Positions 1 through 13,968 of a stretch of DNA of 64,000 nucleotides are shown here, piece by piece. Within the stretch, counting starts at the first letter, position 1, and each line of letters opens with the position of its first letter. The notes beneath the pieces were generated by a model. That model was not told where the DNA came from. It ran no database searches and was given only the letters and a program-made list of their open reading frames with translations. The DNA comes from Phallusia mammillata (taxonomy: Eukaryota), in NCBI GenBank assembly GCA_965637545.1, contig OZ281495.1:11532001-11596000 (forward strand), written 5' to 3'. The position numbers and the translations under genes were made by a program.

Positions 1-472
1 TAAAAATAAACCTGAATACGGACAAATAGTCAATTATATTCGAAAATTATATCATTTGCAACACACACCTAATTCTGAGCATTATAAAAGAAAATGGCTC
101 ACTGATTTTTGGTGGATGTTTAATAGTGAGCTTACACCCATGGACCCCCAAAATACGGTTTGTGGGACTGTTGCTTCTTTAATCATTTACAGGCAAGTGA
201 AAGTGACACATGCATAGACTGGCAATTTTAAACACAAATGCACAAAACTATAAACTACGCATGTGACATTGGTTAAGAGTTTATAGCCGCAAACAAATTG
301 TATGCATGTCACGATGTGACAGTACACAATATGATGAAGAAAAATTGATTGTCATGTGCAATGATATACATCTTCAGAAGTATTTATAAATTCAGACAGT
401 GTTGCAATTATATGAGGTATATTGTAAATACATTGTTGCTGCAAGTATAACATGGTTCATTTTTATGGCCAC

Positions 473-1395
473 CTATTTAGTCAACTTTATTTTGGGGAAT
501 GAAAATTTTAAAAATTTTTCGAATGATTTAACAGCACTTTTACCAAGTGGTATTGGCCGTTCTGTTTGTTTATCGACAAAAACTCGAGTTGCGTGAACAA
601 CTGCTACAGCAATGTCTTCATAGTTTGCATATATGTTTGTCATGTTTACATCTTCGGAAAATGACCCATTTAAACTTAATCCTGTTGCAAATGTTGGATC
701 CTTGTCTCCAACTTTAGGTCTGAACAAACCAATGTTAAGTTCAATCCTACTTTTTCCTATTTTAGTTGAAGCAGGACCAGCAAGAGGTATTTCAGGATAT
801 CGAAGGGAAGATCTGCAATTATTTGCAATTGAATTCTACATGATACAAGAGGTGAACACAAAAGAACTTTTCACCTGTAAGTGCAGTTTGAATATACACT
901 AAATTGTCCCACACCATTCTCTTCGCAATGCCTTCAAAACAAAAAAGTTAAGCGAAATGCGCTTCCATTTCATCCTTCAGTTGTTGAAAAACACAAAGTA
1001 GAATGAATTTGAGTCTTCAGGATGCGGTCGTTCAATTTCCACGAGACACTTACTGATTAATAAATTTAGTTGTCATTAAACCACCATATGTGTAGTAGAT
1101 AGCATAATTTATGTGAACATAAGCATCATTGTCCTGCCATCGAGTCTGCACAGGAAGCAAAAACCTAGAAAGGTAACATGCGTTTACAATCTTCGTGTAA
1201 ATATCACAAAACTTTTAAACAACAATTGTTCTAAATGTAATTACAATATGGATGATTTAGTGTTGTTGCCTCAAGGTTAGCAATTTTATAATCAACGAAA
1301 AAACCTGATTTTATTCTATATTTTGTTGAATTCTTTGACAAAAAGTGTATGACTTCTAAAAGCAAACCACAGTCTAAATTGGGCCACAACTTTCT
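473..1395 (-). pseudogene. Hotdog-fold (4HBT-like) acyl-CoA thioesterase, 5'-truncated and probably degenerate
   Basis: Spliced minus-strand exons ~1395-1236, 1164-1054, 931-875, 812-473 give FLLPVQTRWQDNDAYVHINYAIYY...NCTYRSSLRYPEIPLAG...KIGKS...IGLF...VFVDKQTERP. This matches the TRWxDNDxYGHVNNxxYY thioesterase pattern with substitutions (HINY). The first exon junction is out of phase and the gene is cut at ~1428. Confidence 0.55.
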
Positions 1396-1428
1396 TTAAA
1401 TTAACATGTGTCAAGGATTGTTGCATAT

Positions 1429-2198
1429 TACTCACTGAATTGCTTTGCTGGATTTCAGCAATTATGCTGGCATCAGTTCCAGTGCTTAACGTCACTTCTG
1501 ACTATTTCACATCTGACGTTTGGTTTCCAAACAACTTTTTTGGTATTGACTTTGTTTCAAGAGAAAACATGTCACTGCTCGCAGAAAGAATATCTCATAC
1601 AAAACCGAAAGGCTGGAGCAATGTAAAACGAACAATAAGTAAAGCATTTCCACGACATTCGATCCAAGGAGAGTTTGGATATTATGGTAAAACAAGTGTC
1701 TGCATGCCACGCTTGTTTGCTACAACCAGTGAGTTTGCTTGGGAATATTCAACATTCCTCATCACAATTGACTTCCTCATGTTCATTTATATGGTGGTTG
1801 CATATGTTGTGATCTACAAGAAATCGAATAAAATGAAAGGGTCTAAAAGCACCGACATCAGTCAGAAAATGCAGAAGAGAATTACAAGGCTTATTTTAAC
1901 CGACTTATGTTGCTGGATTCCAGTTTGTGTTATGGGATATTTAAGCGTTGCAGGAATCAAGATGCCACCGGACGCCTATGTGTTAAGCGCTTGTTTGTTG
2001 CTTCCCATTAACAGCGCCATTAACCCAATAATTTACTCGAAAGTGATCGAAAAACGAATAATTAAAGTCAAAAAGTGGCTGGGTGCACGAACGCGTTCGA
2101 TGCGGTCATCAACAAATCAATCATCGAATTTACCGGTCACGCGGAGAACAGAAGCAAATAGCAACCGAGTGATAGAAACGTCCGCTGCAACAACGTGA
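1429..2198 (+). pseudogene. 5'-truncated duplicate (TM4-TM7 and C-tail) of the LDLa-GPCR
   Basis: Near-identical to 8541-9319, with homology starting abruptly at TACTCACTGAATTG (1429 vs 8541). The frame is open for 252 aa, but there is no N-terminus or TM1-3 upstream. Confidence 0.8.
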
Positions 2199-3148
2199 AG
2201 ATAAAAGTAAAAAATCATGCGAAAACGCCTTTTTTGTTTTTGTTTTTTATACCTATTGAAGCAACTATAATGATTGACGTTTCCTCACAAAACAGGTGCA
2301 AAATGCAAACCTGTCAGATAGATATAATTTATTATTGAAGTGGTTGTCAGACATTGATTGTAGCATCCTTTTGAAATAATAAAAAATGGTTAACGTTGTC
2401 GTGTAAAAATGCCACATATCATATCGTCTTTTCATTTGTCAGCTGTGATTACGCTGACGGGTGTTTTAAATGACACATCGTATTTTGTGTGGTTATGTTG
2501 GTACACATTCTATATATCACATCAGGAAAACGGTCGTTCGTTTTTTGTTTGCTTTAACTTCAAAAGGCGGGATAGCGCCTGCAATTGCGTTGTGGTTACA
2601 AACAGTTGTCGAGCTTAAAATCGTTGTGACACTTAAAATATTATTAAAAATTAGAGTGTAAAATGATTATATTATCAACATGTGTAAATATTTATCAGTT
2701 TTAGTTAAATTACAAATAATATTAAGACGACTAAAACGCGTAATACAGCCCCGCCTTATATACTTAGTTTGGGCGTCGGCTTCGGTGAAAGCTAAAAATT
2801 GTACAAATTTGAAAAGTATCATAGGTCCCGATTGCATAACGATGACCAGGGCAAATAGACCAAGTGGGTTGAATCAGCTGAGTCTTGACTGCACAAAGTT
2901 ACATAGGTGTTTGCGGGATTCGACTTCAAAGCAAAAACAAAAAGAATGAAAGAACTGAACGTCTGTGAAAACTATAGGTTCATTGAACAGATTGCAATTA
3001 GTTGCAGTAGAACTGAAATAAAACTGCGAACTTGATGTTGCTTTCATTTATACACATTCCACAGTGTCATACATGGACAACCAAAAAATAAAATAAAAAC
3101 CAAGAAGAAAGTAAAAAAACACGCTTTTAGAAATCGTGGAACCCACAT
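1429..3148. repeat. Segmental duplicate of ~8541-10825 (lacks the LTR fragment present in the other copy)
   Basis: Colinear similarity, e.g. 2400-3140 vs 9980-10820. It ends at a 20-bp direct repeat TAAAACGGTTGGTTAGCTTT x2 at ~3148-3190. Confidence 0.8.
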
Positions 3149-4712
3149 AAAACGGTTGGTTAGCTTTCCCTAAAACGGTTGGTTAGCTTTTAGGTCCCAA
3201 CCTGACTAGTTCCACCAACGTTAATTCTGACTGAAACATAAATAGGCATCACATTTGGCAGTTATGCTTGTCCAACCTAACTACTGTGAGGCTTAAATGC
3301 ATTTATGTACATGTATCTCTTTTAGATATTGGAATTTTGAGTTTTTAATTTTAGAACTCAAAACATTTCACCAAAATTTAGCGCAATCCAGTGTTTATAG
3401 AGATCAGTGTTTGTAGTTTAGAGGCGGGACATCATTTTAAAGGGGAGGGAAACATATAGGTACTGAAATTCATCTTTGTAATACTGCAAATATTTTTATC
3501 TTTCATATTTTTCAGGTGCGGCAAACCGAAACAAAAGCTTTTTAAATTCCGATGTTCGGACGTACACAAAGCTACCTGACATAAACTTGTCGTTGAACTT
3601 ATTATTAGCATAATGAACTGGTGTAACACGTTAAAATAAGTGCACAACGAAGTAAGTAAACTTGTAGATGTTTAGGCTTCACATAGCCTAAGGCAATCTA
3701 AGCACACATTTTGCGATGCGTATCACTAGGTTATGTTCAAAATATATTCGATCGCATGGCAGTTTTTAGCAACATAACACGTCAAATCGAATGTAGTTAC
3801 TCAGACAATTCGAATTTGCAATAGAGAAAGCAAATACGCAGATAATTTGAAGTTACAATTAAGACATTCGGACCACCAATAGGCTACAAATGTCGAAACA
3901 ATATGGCTAAGTTTATTTTTTGGTCTATGTCTTAAAGGTTGTGAAACTTTTGAATATAGGCAAGTGAAGGCATTGGGCAACACGCAAAAGTTCGCAATCA
4001 CTTTTAAGGAGATATGAAGAGACATGCTACTACATTCGCTTGTGGGGTTAATGTCATGTGAATTGGTAAACTGATCTAATTTACCAGGAGCTACAGATCA
4101 CCTAACTAATAAATGTAAATCCACCAATAAAATTACATGCACGTTATAAATTTGGCGTACCCTACTTTAGGCTGAAATGGACTCAAAATGTCTGGAATAT
4201 GTTGTGCAAGAAAAAATGATCAAATCTGTTTATCGATTTGCTACAAGCTGAGTGAAGTTGGTACTGCTATTAAAAATGCCATACTTATAATCATCGAAAA
4301 TATCGTTACAGTTTGCTATAGCTGAAAGGAAATGGGTAATTAATTGTATGCTGGTTCTCATTCATTCGGGGAAAGGGGAAGGGCGTTTGTGTTTATGAAC
4401 CACGCATGCTGTCTAAATATATATTCCTACTTTCTAATTTACTGACTGATTCTGTTGGCAGTTGAGACAGTCCTCTCAAATTTCGAGTCTAGTAGCTGTG
4501 AGATAGGTTGAATGAGCTGTATTCGTTTTTTTCAAATATTCTTGCATTGATCCCAACAATTTAGCATAACTGCTAAGAATACAGATATTATCAGCTTAAA
4601 TCGATTATTTGGTGTTTTGTTGAGCTTTAGTTAGTTAATAGAGTTTGTTAATCACCTTTTTTCACTAAACTCAATCTTGCTGTATGTTTAGTTTTAACTC
4701 GTATGAATGACA

Positions 4713-7700
4713 ATGTTACAAATATTCTTTCTGCTGTTTGTCTTCGGATCAGTGAAAAGTGTTTGTCCTGCGGAGGAACTTAGTCTCGCTCCTCTTCTTT
4801 TTACAAGTAAGACAAAAGTTTTTACTGTTGTCAAAACATTTCAATTGTAGTTAAATTTTATCCTTTCAAAATATGTAATGAGTTTTCGTTATGAAAGCGT
4901 TAAATAGAACCATGATACCATCTATCCTGGTTATTTATATCGTGGTTTTATCACATAAATAGAAAGGCAAATGAAAAAGAACAGTTTTGGCTGAATGATT
5001 TACAGTCACTATATATCGGTGGTCCACATTTTTTCAATGTAGAACGGTTCTTTCGTAGTTTGCCCGGGTACCTATACACGCGGTTCAATTAGGCTGAAAA
5101 TGGTGTTGAAACTAAAATTTTCCACAAAACAAAAGTTTATAAAACAAAAGAATAACTTCTTATTACCCACTACAACAATCAGGAATTAATTTTACCTAGA
5201 TTCGCTTGTTTACACGTATCAATGATCCAAGAGTATTTCTTGTGACATTAAAAACAAAAATAAGACATTAGATAATACTAATTTTACTAATTTTTATAAC
5301 TAATCAGAAGTATAAAACTAGCGTAACTAATCTTATACTTCTGATGGACTAAAAGACCCTTGTTCGGCAAAATGGACTCCACATAAATTCACAGAAAAGG
5401 ATTGTAATATAAAACTTCGAGCATTAGCAGTTCCGCTGAAATCATTTAGCGGGCTCTAAGTGGAGAACCGTAGTTATGCTATTCCTCCAAAGTTGATTCG
5501 CAACCCCTGCCCCATGGACCTTTTATCGTTACTTTGTTGCGCGCGAAGTAATTTTGATGGAAACCGCACGTTTTTGCCCCCAATTTCTAACACAAACAAT
5601 TGATGTGAAGTTTAGGTTAACTGTCGCTAGTTTTGTTTGCTAGAAGTTCATATTGACCTAGTAACAATTATTTTCGAATTTATCTTTCCCAAATCTATCA
5701 GGAAAATACGTTTGTTTATTTGACAGGGCCAGAAAATATATCGCTGTGCGAGGAACCCTACCTAAACCCCAACTGCCGTTGTCCGTCTTCAATGTTTGAA
5801 TGTGATTGTCACAAGTTAGGTCTATGTAAAAACAGGTCGGGTTGCATACCGATTTCAAAAGTAAACAACAGAGTACTTGATTGCACCGACAAGAGCGACG
5901 AGTTAAGTAATATTTGTCTTCCAGACCGATTTCAGTGCGATTGCTTTAACACAACTTGCAGAGGTTCGTATGGTTGCGTAAATACGTCCTTTCTCTGTGA
6001 CGGAAGACCTGATTGTTTGGATGGAAGCGATGAAGATAATTGTCCTTGCGCAGCAGATCAAGGCACTTGTGCCTGTCACAAAACACGAAACTGCACTACT
6101 AGGATTAACTGTATACCTTATTATTTTCGCTGTAACGGAATAAATGAATGTGGGGATTGGAGCGATGAAGAAAATTGCACTTGCGCGAGTTATATGTTTG
6201 AATGTCCCTGCTACAAAACAAGAAGTTGCGGAAAAAATTATCGAGGCTGTGTTCCCAAAGATATGCAGGTGTGTGACGGGCGAAATAACTGTGGAGATTG
6301 GAGTGATGAAGTGAATTGCAATTGTTCAAAGAGTAAATTTGAATGCGATTGTTTCAAAACGAAAAACTGTACTTTTGATTACGACTGCATTCCAAAGAAA
6401 TGGATGTGTGATGGAATCAATCACTGTGGTGACTGGAGCGATGAACGTAATTGCTCCTGTCCAGCTAACCAGTTCGAATGCCAATGTTATAAAACGGGGA
6501 ACTGCCCTGAAAGATTCGGTTGTGTATCTAAAAAATACCAATGCACTAACACTGCTGGTATTTGTGGAGATAAGAGCGATGGATTCAATTGCACTTGTCC
6601 GACTGGTCAGTTTACATGCGCATGTGTTGGTACGAAACAGTGCATTGGAAGGGAGGGAAGTTGCGTTGATCGATCACTGCTTTGTGACGGTCACGCTGAT
6701 TGTTTCGACGGAAGCGACGAATTCAATTCTACGTGCTACTGCTCAGGAGTGTTCGCAAGATGTCCATGTTATCCCAACAACAAAACTTGTTCTCCTGCTG
6801 GTCAATGTTTACCTTTTGACTGGGTAGGCGATACATTTTTGGATTGCCACGACGGAAGTGACGAGGTTTGTTCGATCAGCACTTTTTCGTGCCAGTCCTG
6901 CACAGTGGTGGCTGTATCTTGTCAAAACAAAATACAAGTTGGACAACTAATACATTCTACAGTCGCAGGGAAATGTAATAAGGCCGTGCACCCATCGTGC
7001 GCTAATAGTGTCCACGACTGTAAAACCGACAAAGTAGTTTGCACTTTTGCAGACTGCAAACAATCACCCAGCTTTTGTGAGGAAGTATTCTTTTGTGAAA
7101 ACAACACCCAGATTATTTCTAGCAGTTTCTTTTGTAATTCTGCAAACGACTGCGGCGACCATAGCGACGAAATCAGGGAAGGGTTTGGCTTTAAATGTTC
7201 TGGGTCATCAAGAGAAGGTGATTGTGTTTTGCCTCAAGCCAACGTTTACGATTCAGTGGCTCAGTGTTCGGATAAATCAGATCTCTGCTTCACCGACAAA
7301 CAGTTCAAATGCTTTCGCTGCTTGGATAAAAAGCTCATCATATCACTAAAGCAAGTTTGTGATGGTGTCATTGACTGTCACGACATGTCAGATGAATGCC
7401 TTTGTTCAAATCAAAGTTTATGTAACAGTGTAAAGGGAAACTGTCCCCCTAATCAGATACTTTGTCAGAACGGCTCCAAATGTGTTAACCAAACCATTGC
7501 GCTGTGTAATAGAAATGTCCAATGTGCTAGTCAAACCAACACAAAGTCATGTATGCTACCAAAACGATTACAACAAACCCAGTGTCCAGCAGAAATCACT
7601 AACGACCTCAAAATAGACGAAATTTTTCGTTGTGCAAAAAATGATAACAGATTGTTGAGAAAAAAATTTCAGTACTATAGAGCAAAAAAATATAATGCCA

Positions 7701-9319
7701 AGGTTTTATTTTCATCAATATGTGACGGGACGTATAAAGATCGAATGGGAGGACTGGGTGAAACTGCATGCCCTAACATGTTCTATTGTGCAGCAAAGGA
7801 CGAAATATCTATTAAGCAAAGTCAAGTGTGCGATGGAAAACTTGACTGTGACGACAAATCAGACGAGTTCTTGAGTCGCTGTCAAGATAAACGCTTTTAT
7901 TGTCAAAATCAAGACAGGATCTCTATTAACAGAAATAGCGTATGTGACGGAATTGTCGATTGCGATAATGGAACGGATGAAATAAAATGCCTTTGCAATC
8001 ACGTGAGGTTTTATTGCACAAACAAACAGCCCTTGTCGGTTGAAATGAAGCTTGTTCAAAACGGAATCCAGGACTGCTCTGACGGAAGTGACGAATGCGT
8101 AAACTTAGCAGGTGACGCGTTTGCAAATGTCAACGAAATGATTGGAAATGTAGTGTATCGGGTCATATTCTGGATTACAGGTGTATTGGCGTTGGGAGGA
8201 AACCTACTTGTATTTATTGCCACTGTCTACAGCTTATACAATGCAAAACGAACTCAGAATGTTTTTATCAACACCAATGTATTTATTTTAAACCTCAGTG
8301 TATCAGATTTTTTAATGGGAGTTTATTTGCTTGCCGTTGTTATACAGGGAACTCGGTTTTCCGGTTCTTACTGTTTGTTTGATAAGGCATGGAGATCGAG
8401 CAGCTTGTGTTCAGGACTTGGAGCACTTGCCGTTTTGTCATCACAGTCTTCAGCCCTAACTATGACGGCCATGACCACTTTTCGCCTCGTATCAATTTAT
8501 AAACCCTTTTTGACTCAAAGTTTGGATGTTGGTCCAATAATACTCACTGAATTGCTTTGTTGGATTTCAGCAATTATGCTGGCAACAGTTCCAGTGCTTA
8601 ACGTCACTTCTGACTATTTCATATCTGACGTTTGGTTTCCGAACAACTTTTTTGGTACTGACTTTGTTTCAAGAGAAAACATGTCACTGCTTGCAAAAAG
8701 AATATTTTATACAAAACCGAAAGGCTGGAGCAATGTAAAACGAACAATAAGTAAAGCATTTCCACGACATTCGATCCAAGGAGAGTTTGGATATTATGGT
8801 AAAACAAGTGTCTGCATGCCACGCTTGTTTGCTACAACCAGTGAGTTTGCTTGGGAATATTCAACATTTCTCATCACAATTGACTTCCTCATGTTCATTT
8901 ATATGGTGGTTGCATATGTTGTGATCTACAAGAAGTCAAATAAAATGAAAGGGTCTAAAAGCACCGACGTCAGTCCGAAAATGCAGAAGAGAATTACTCG
9001 GCTTATTTTGACCGACTTCTGTTGCTGGATTCCAGTTTGTATTATGGGATATTTAAGCGTTGCAGGAATAAGGATGCCACCAGATGCCTATGTGTTGAGC
9101 GCTTGTCTGTTGCTTCCCATTAACAGCGCACTTAACCCAATAATTTACTCGAAAGTGATCGAACAACGATTATTTATAGCCAAAAAGTGGCTGGGTGCAC
9201 GAACTCGGTCAATGCGGTCATCAACAAATCAATCATCTGTTTCAGCAGTCACGCACAGCACGCGGGGAACAGAAGCAAACAGCAACCGAGTAATAGAGAT
9301 GTCCACTGCAACCACATGA
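4713..9319 (+). CDS. Rhodopsin-class GPCR with ~15 LDLa-type repeats and no LRRs (GRL101/LGR type C-related)
   Basis: Signal-peptide exon 4713-4806 (MLQIFFLLFVFGSVKS..., phase-1 GTAAG donor) is phase-compatible with a 3.6-kb exon 5727-9319. That exon has CDG..C.D.SDE repeats and a 7TM region with GN(TM1), NLSVSD(TM2), CWIP(TM6) and NSALNPIIY(TM7). Additional small 5' exons cannot be excluded. Confidence 0.9.
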
Positions 9320-9395
9320 CCACAAAAGTGCAAAATTCGAACGTATCTGATAGATATCATTTATTATTGAATTTGTTGTCAGTCATTGATAGTAG

Positions 9396-9940
9396 TGTGG
9401 CGACCGTTTTGCAAAGTTGCGGAATACTCTGCAACACCTTTTGCCACAACCGACGTCACGTCACAGCAACCCTCGCGTGTCCATCCCTTTTACGTTGAAG
9501 GGCAGTGCTTATGTGTTTGTGCGCCGTGACAGTCACCGACCTGCTCTGACCACGCCATACGATGGCCCGTTTCAGGTTCTTAAGTCGTCGGACAAAACAT
9601 TTACTCTAGACATGGGTGGTCAGCCACAGACAATGTCTATTGACCGATTGAAGCCTGCCCATGTCGACTTGACAGCACCTGTTCCAGTCGCTTTTCCTCC
9701 GGCCAGAGAACAACCGAGACGCAACGTTCAACCCCCACAACGCTACCAAGCGTAATGCATACCCGCTTTTGGAGGGGGGTCCTGTGGCGATCTCTATTGC
9801 ATGTTTACATTTGTGTGTATCGAAGCGTGCGTTTTGCCTTTTTCTTGCTTTTTCCTTGCCGCCTTATAAGCGCAATTTTTCTTGTTGCGCGGTCTTCTAT
9901 TATCACACTGCTGTTAAATAAAGCATCCGCTTTAGTAACA
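9396..9940 (+). mobile_element. Internally deleted Gypsy-type LTR retrotransposon (integrase C-terminus, PPT and 3' LTR)
   Basis: ORF ...VFVRRDSHRPALTTPYDGPFQVLK...SIDRLKPAH is the GPY/F integrase tail. PPT GGAGGGGGG at 9771-9779; 158-bp LTR TG(9783)...CA(9940) containing AATAAA; flanks TAGTAG/TAGTAA. The paralogous site at ~2355 is empty. Confidence 0.85.
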
Positions 9941-11021
9941 TAGTAACACCTTTTAAAATAATAAATATATAGTTAACGTTGTCATGTAAAATGCCACACA
10001 TCATCACGTCGTTTCATTTGTCTGCTGTGAATACGCTGACGGGTGTTTTAAATGACACACCGTGTTTTGTGTGGTTATGTTGGTACGCATTCCATATTCT
10101 ATATCACATCAGAAAAAAGGTCTTTGTGTTGTGTTTGATTTAACTTCGAAAGGCGGGATTGCGTCTGTATTTGCGCTGTGATTATAAACAGTCGTCGAGC
10201 TTAAAATCAATGTGGCGTGATATGCACATTTCCCTATTTACGTTAGTCTTTTAGTTTGATTTAATGCGGTTAGTTTCGGATCTTGTTAACGTATGTCATG
10301 TTTACAAATACACGACAATCGTGACACTTAAAATATTACTAAAAAACAGAAAGTAAAATGATCATTAACATGTCGAAATATTCATCAGTTTTAGTTAAAT
10401 TACGAATAATAGTAAGAAGACTAAAACGCATAATACGACCTCAGCCTTTACGAATATCCTTAGCTCGATTAGAGCTAAAAAAAGTACAAATTTGAAAAGT
10501 ATCATAGGGCCCAACTGCCTAACGATGGCCAGGGCAAATAGGTCAAGTGAGTTGAATCAGCTGAATATTGACTGCATAAAGTTACATAGGTGTTTGTGGG
10601 ATTCGACTTTAAAGCAAAAACAAAAAGAATGAAAGAACTGAACGGCTGTGAAAACTATAGGTTCATTATACAGATTGCAATCAGTTGTAGTAGAACTGGA
10701 ATAAAACTGCGAACGTCATGTTGCTTTAATATGTAGACATTCCACAGCGCCATACATAGACAACTGAAAAATTATAAATTAAAGAAGGAAGTAAAAAACA
10801 CACTTTTAGAAACCTTGGAACCCATATGTACTGTTTGTCACGCTGCTACTGAGTGAACTTGTTTTTCGGCAAATTTGCCGTGTGTTAAGCATTTTGACCA
10901 AAACACACCTTGATTGTTCAGAAGAAAGCGTTGTATCGCAGATCATGTATTGACAAATAAATACTCAAATCAAATAAAAAGTGCATGAAGAAAAAGAGCT
11001 TCGAAAAAACATAAGACAAAT

Positions 11022-11283
11022 TTAGATGCAATCACAGCCAACTGGAAGTGTGAAATACAACCTTTGTTCTGCCCTAGTTTTAACTGGAAATGTGTAAAAC
11101 ATCGGTTTCTTGTTCGGTTGCATGTTCCTAAAAAGGGGAAATTTACATCTTTCTTCGCACAAAGTCACATAAAATCTTTGGGGATAAAGATTTTTGCATT
11201 CCAAAATCCGCACTTGAGTTCCACTTCGGCGACGATGCCAAGATATTCGGGGCCTCAATGCACAGTTATGGTTTTCAGCGATT
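11022..11283 (-). CDS. Terminal exon of a small cystine-knot-like secreted peptide, copy 1 (5 Cys; possibly decaying)
   Basis: HRRRS dibasic site, then C..CEERC..F..CDC. AG acceptor at 11284-11285. Cys4 codon is TTT here versus TGT in copy 2. Confidence 0.5.
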
Positions 11284-13968
11284 CTTAACAAACAAATCAA
11301 TATTTAAAGCGATTGACTACGACAGTAAAAAATCCAGTGTAACTCTTGCTAATTTGTTTTTTTTTCAACGATTCTGAAAATTCACAAGTGAATCGTAAAG
11401 CAAAAAAAGTCTAGTGTAACCAGGATTTATTTTTAAAGACTCTAAAAATCACAAAAAAGTGTTCGCATCTATTGAATTAGACAGTAACTGGACAATCCAG
11501 TGTTTTCAAACTTTGTGTTTTAGAGGATTTTTTATATTTTATGAAACCATGAGCTTTGTTTACTGATTTAAGATTCAATGTTCGCTGTTTTGTGTTGAAT
11601 TAACCTTTTAGCAATCGTAGACAGGCTTCACTACGAACTCGAGTGAAACAACAAGTCACAACTGCAAGCTAAAAACAATGTAGGCTTATTTACACTATAA
11701 ATCTTTGCTGTTTTCTATCTGCCAACTCGTAAAAGTGCCTAAAAATAAGCCGTTAACTAATATCAGCCGTCCTCCACCGGGAGACGGGGTTGGTTTAAAT
11801 ATATCGAAGTATAAACCATTTGGCCACCCGATTGCTTTCATTTTTTTAGTTTGTCGAAGAATTTTTACTTGGTGTTGATCAGAAAACTAAACAGACGAAT
11901 AAGATCAAATCGTTTTCTGAAAAAAGTCAAAGTCACTCAAGCTCTCTACTAGCAAACCACGTATGATTTTGCGTAGACACAGGTAGCATATATATATATA
12001 TATATGTATATAGGGCAAGAAATTTTTGAATTTGAAAAAAAACAATAGTAACATTGATTTCGTATTTTTTAATGACTCGCGGCAAACACCCCAAAGCGAA
12101 ACTCTAACACAGGGTAATATGGACAGAAACAAAGTTATGTATGTTTAGCTTACGTTCTATAGCAATCAAAACAACGGTGCGATTGTCTTTTGTCAAAAAA
12201 TCTTTGTTTTCTTTATTGATTTAAGGGTGAACAAACACAGGAAAACACCTATTCGCAAAACGAAAGACGATCAAGTAAAAAAAGTTTTATCCCCTGTTTT
12301 CTGTTTCGTGGAAAGCACTATTTGCAATGGCTTCTGGTAATAAATTCGAAGTAATCAGGATGATTAAAAAAAGCTTTCGTAATAAAGTTAGTGGCCGAAG
12401 TACTGGACAGAGCGACAGATTTTATAGACTCTTATGTGCAAAAAAAAATTAACTGCTGGTAAAAGCTAACCTAAGGGTTAATTCAAACAAGGTTGATGGG
12501 ATTTTACAGCAAGGTATTTATGTTTTAAAAAATTTGAAGCGCAGTTTTGCTTTCTACACAAACATTTAACGTTATTTTTTTAACTTATTTGCAATTTTTA
12601 ATTCAAAAAGGTAAATCCACCAAGGTGTTGCGCATCGGTGAATTCCCCATAAAACATATTGTTTAACAAAATAAGCAACTCAGGATAATATTATAGACCA
12701 AAGCTAGCCTCGTAGGTCACAGTTTTCTATTGTAAATTTATGAATGACAATAGGATGGAAATTTACATCCCTTGCGTAAACACCGTTCGAAATTAACTAC
12801 CAAAGGGGATTCCCCGCGTTTTATTTACGCAATGATTGCTGTGTGGTGATTTTATTTCATTCTCAGTTTGGGTAACCAAGTTTCATCGGAGAAAAATTGT
12901 TTGCATTTCTCATAACTGGATTTTGCACAGGTGGATACCGGTACCCTAAAATACGAAATGCGTTCACAAAATACGCTCAAAGGAATAGGACTCAACTGTA
13001 CGCAACATTAAAGATGGTTTAATATTCACGGTATATTGGCATAAAAATAGCGTTATTCCACATGGACCGTATAAATAGACGAACGGAAGATGAAAAAATA
13101 AAAGCAAAGTGTTCACAAAGAAAGACTCTGATATACACCGCAGATAGAAGTTTCCTATAGGTATTCCCCGGCCTGGAGAAAATGTTACAAAGCATTTAAG
13201 CTGAAATCTATACGTCCCAGTAACAAACTTCTCGCGGATCGGTGGTTGCCGACCACTGTTCCATACCATGTCAGAAGTGTATGTTTTGTTTGTCTGACTT
13301 AATTTTAAAAGGCGGGACCACACCTGTAATTAAGTTGTAGTTGCAAACAGTTGTCGAGTTTCCCGTTGTAGCGTGATATGCACATTTTTCTATTGATGTA
13401 AGTTTTTTAGTTTGAATCCGGTTTAAAGGTGTCAATCTTAGATATACATATAAACCTTAAAACTAAAAGAAAATCTTATAAAAGGGAGGATGTAAAATAA
13501 TAATTAACCTTTCTAAACATTCAGAGTTAGTTAAATCACCAATAACACCAAGAAGACTGCAACGCATAAGGAGACCTAGGCACATACGAATATACTTAGA
13601 TGGGGCGCCGGCTATTATCACAGCCCGTAATTGAACCCAAGTACACTATTAAAAGTATCATAGGACTCGACTTAATAACGGTTTAATAAGACACTCAGTG
13701 TCCTTACATAGACAACCGAAAAAAATGAAATAAGAAACACACTTTCAAAAACCGTGGAACCTATGTGTACTTTTTGTATTGCTATTACATGGTGAACTTG
13801 TTTATCGACAAATTGACCATGGTTAAGGATTATGACCAAAACACACCTTGATTGTTTAAAAGAAAGCATTGTATTGTATATCATGTATTGACAAAGAGAT
13901 ACTCAATAAAAATAAATCAATAAAATAAGCTGTAAGATAAATAAGCTTCGAAAAAACATGACGCAGCA

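Noticed and set aside
6105-8822. Alternative-frame and antisense ORFs over the GPCR exon
   Set aside because: Shadow ORFs of a long coding exon.
11988-12012. (TA)n run
   Set aside because: Ordinary microsatellite.
12700-13323. A further cystine-knot or TGF-beta-like ORF (CLRKGCKFPSYC) in the duplicated unit
   Set aside because: It is flanked by stops in both copies and no conserved frame exists.
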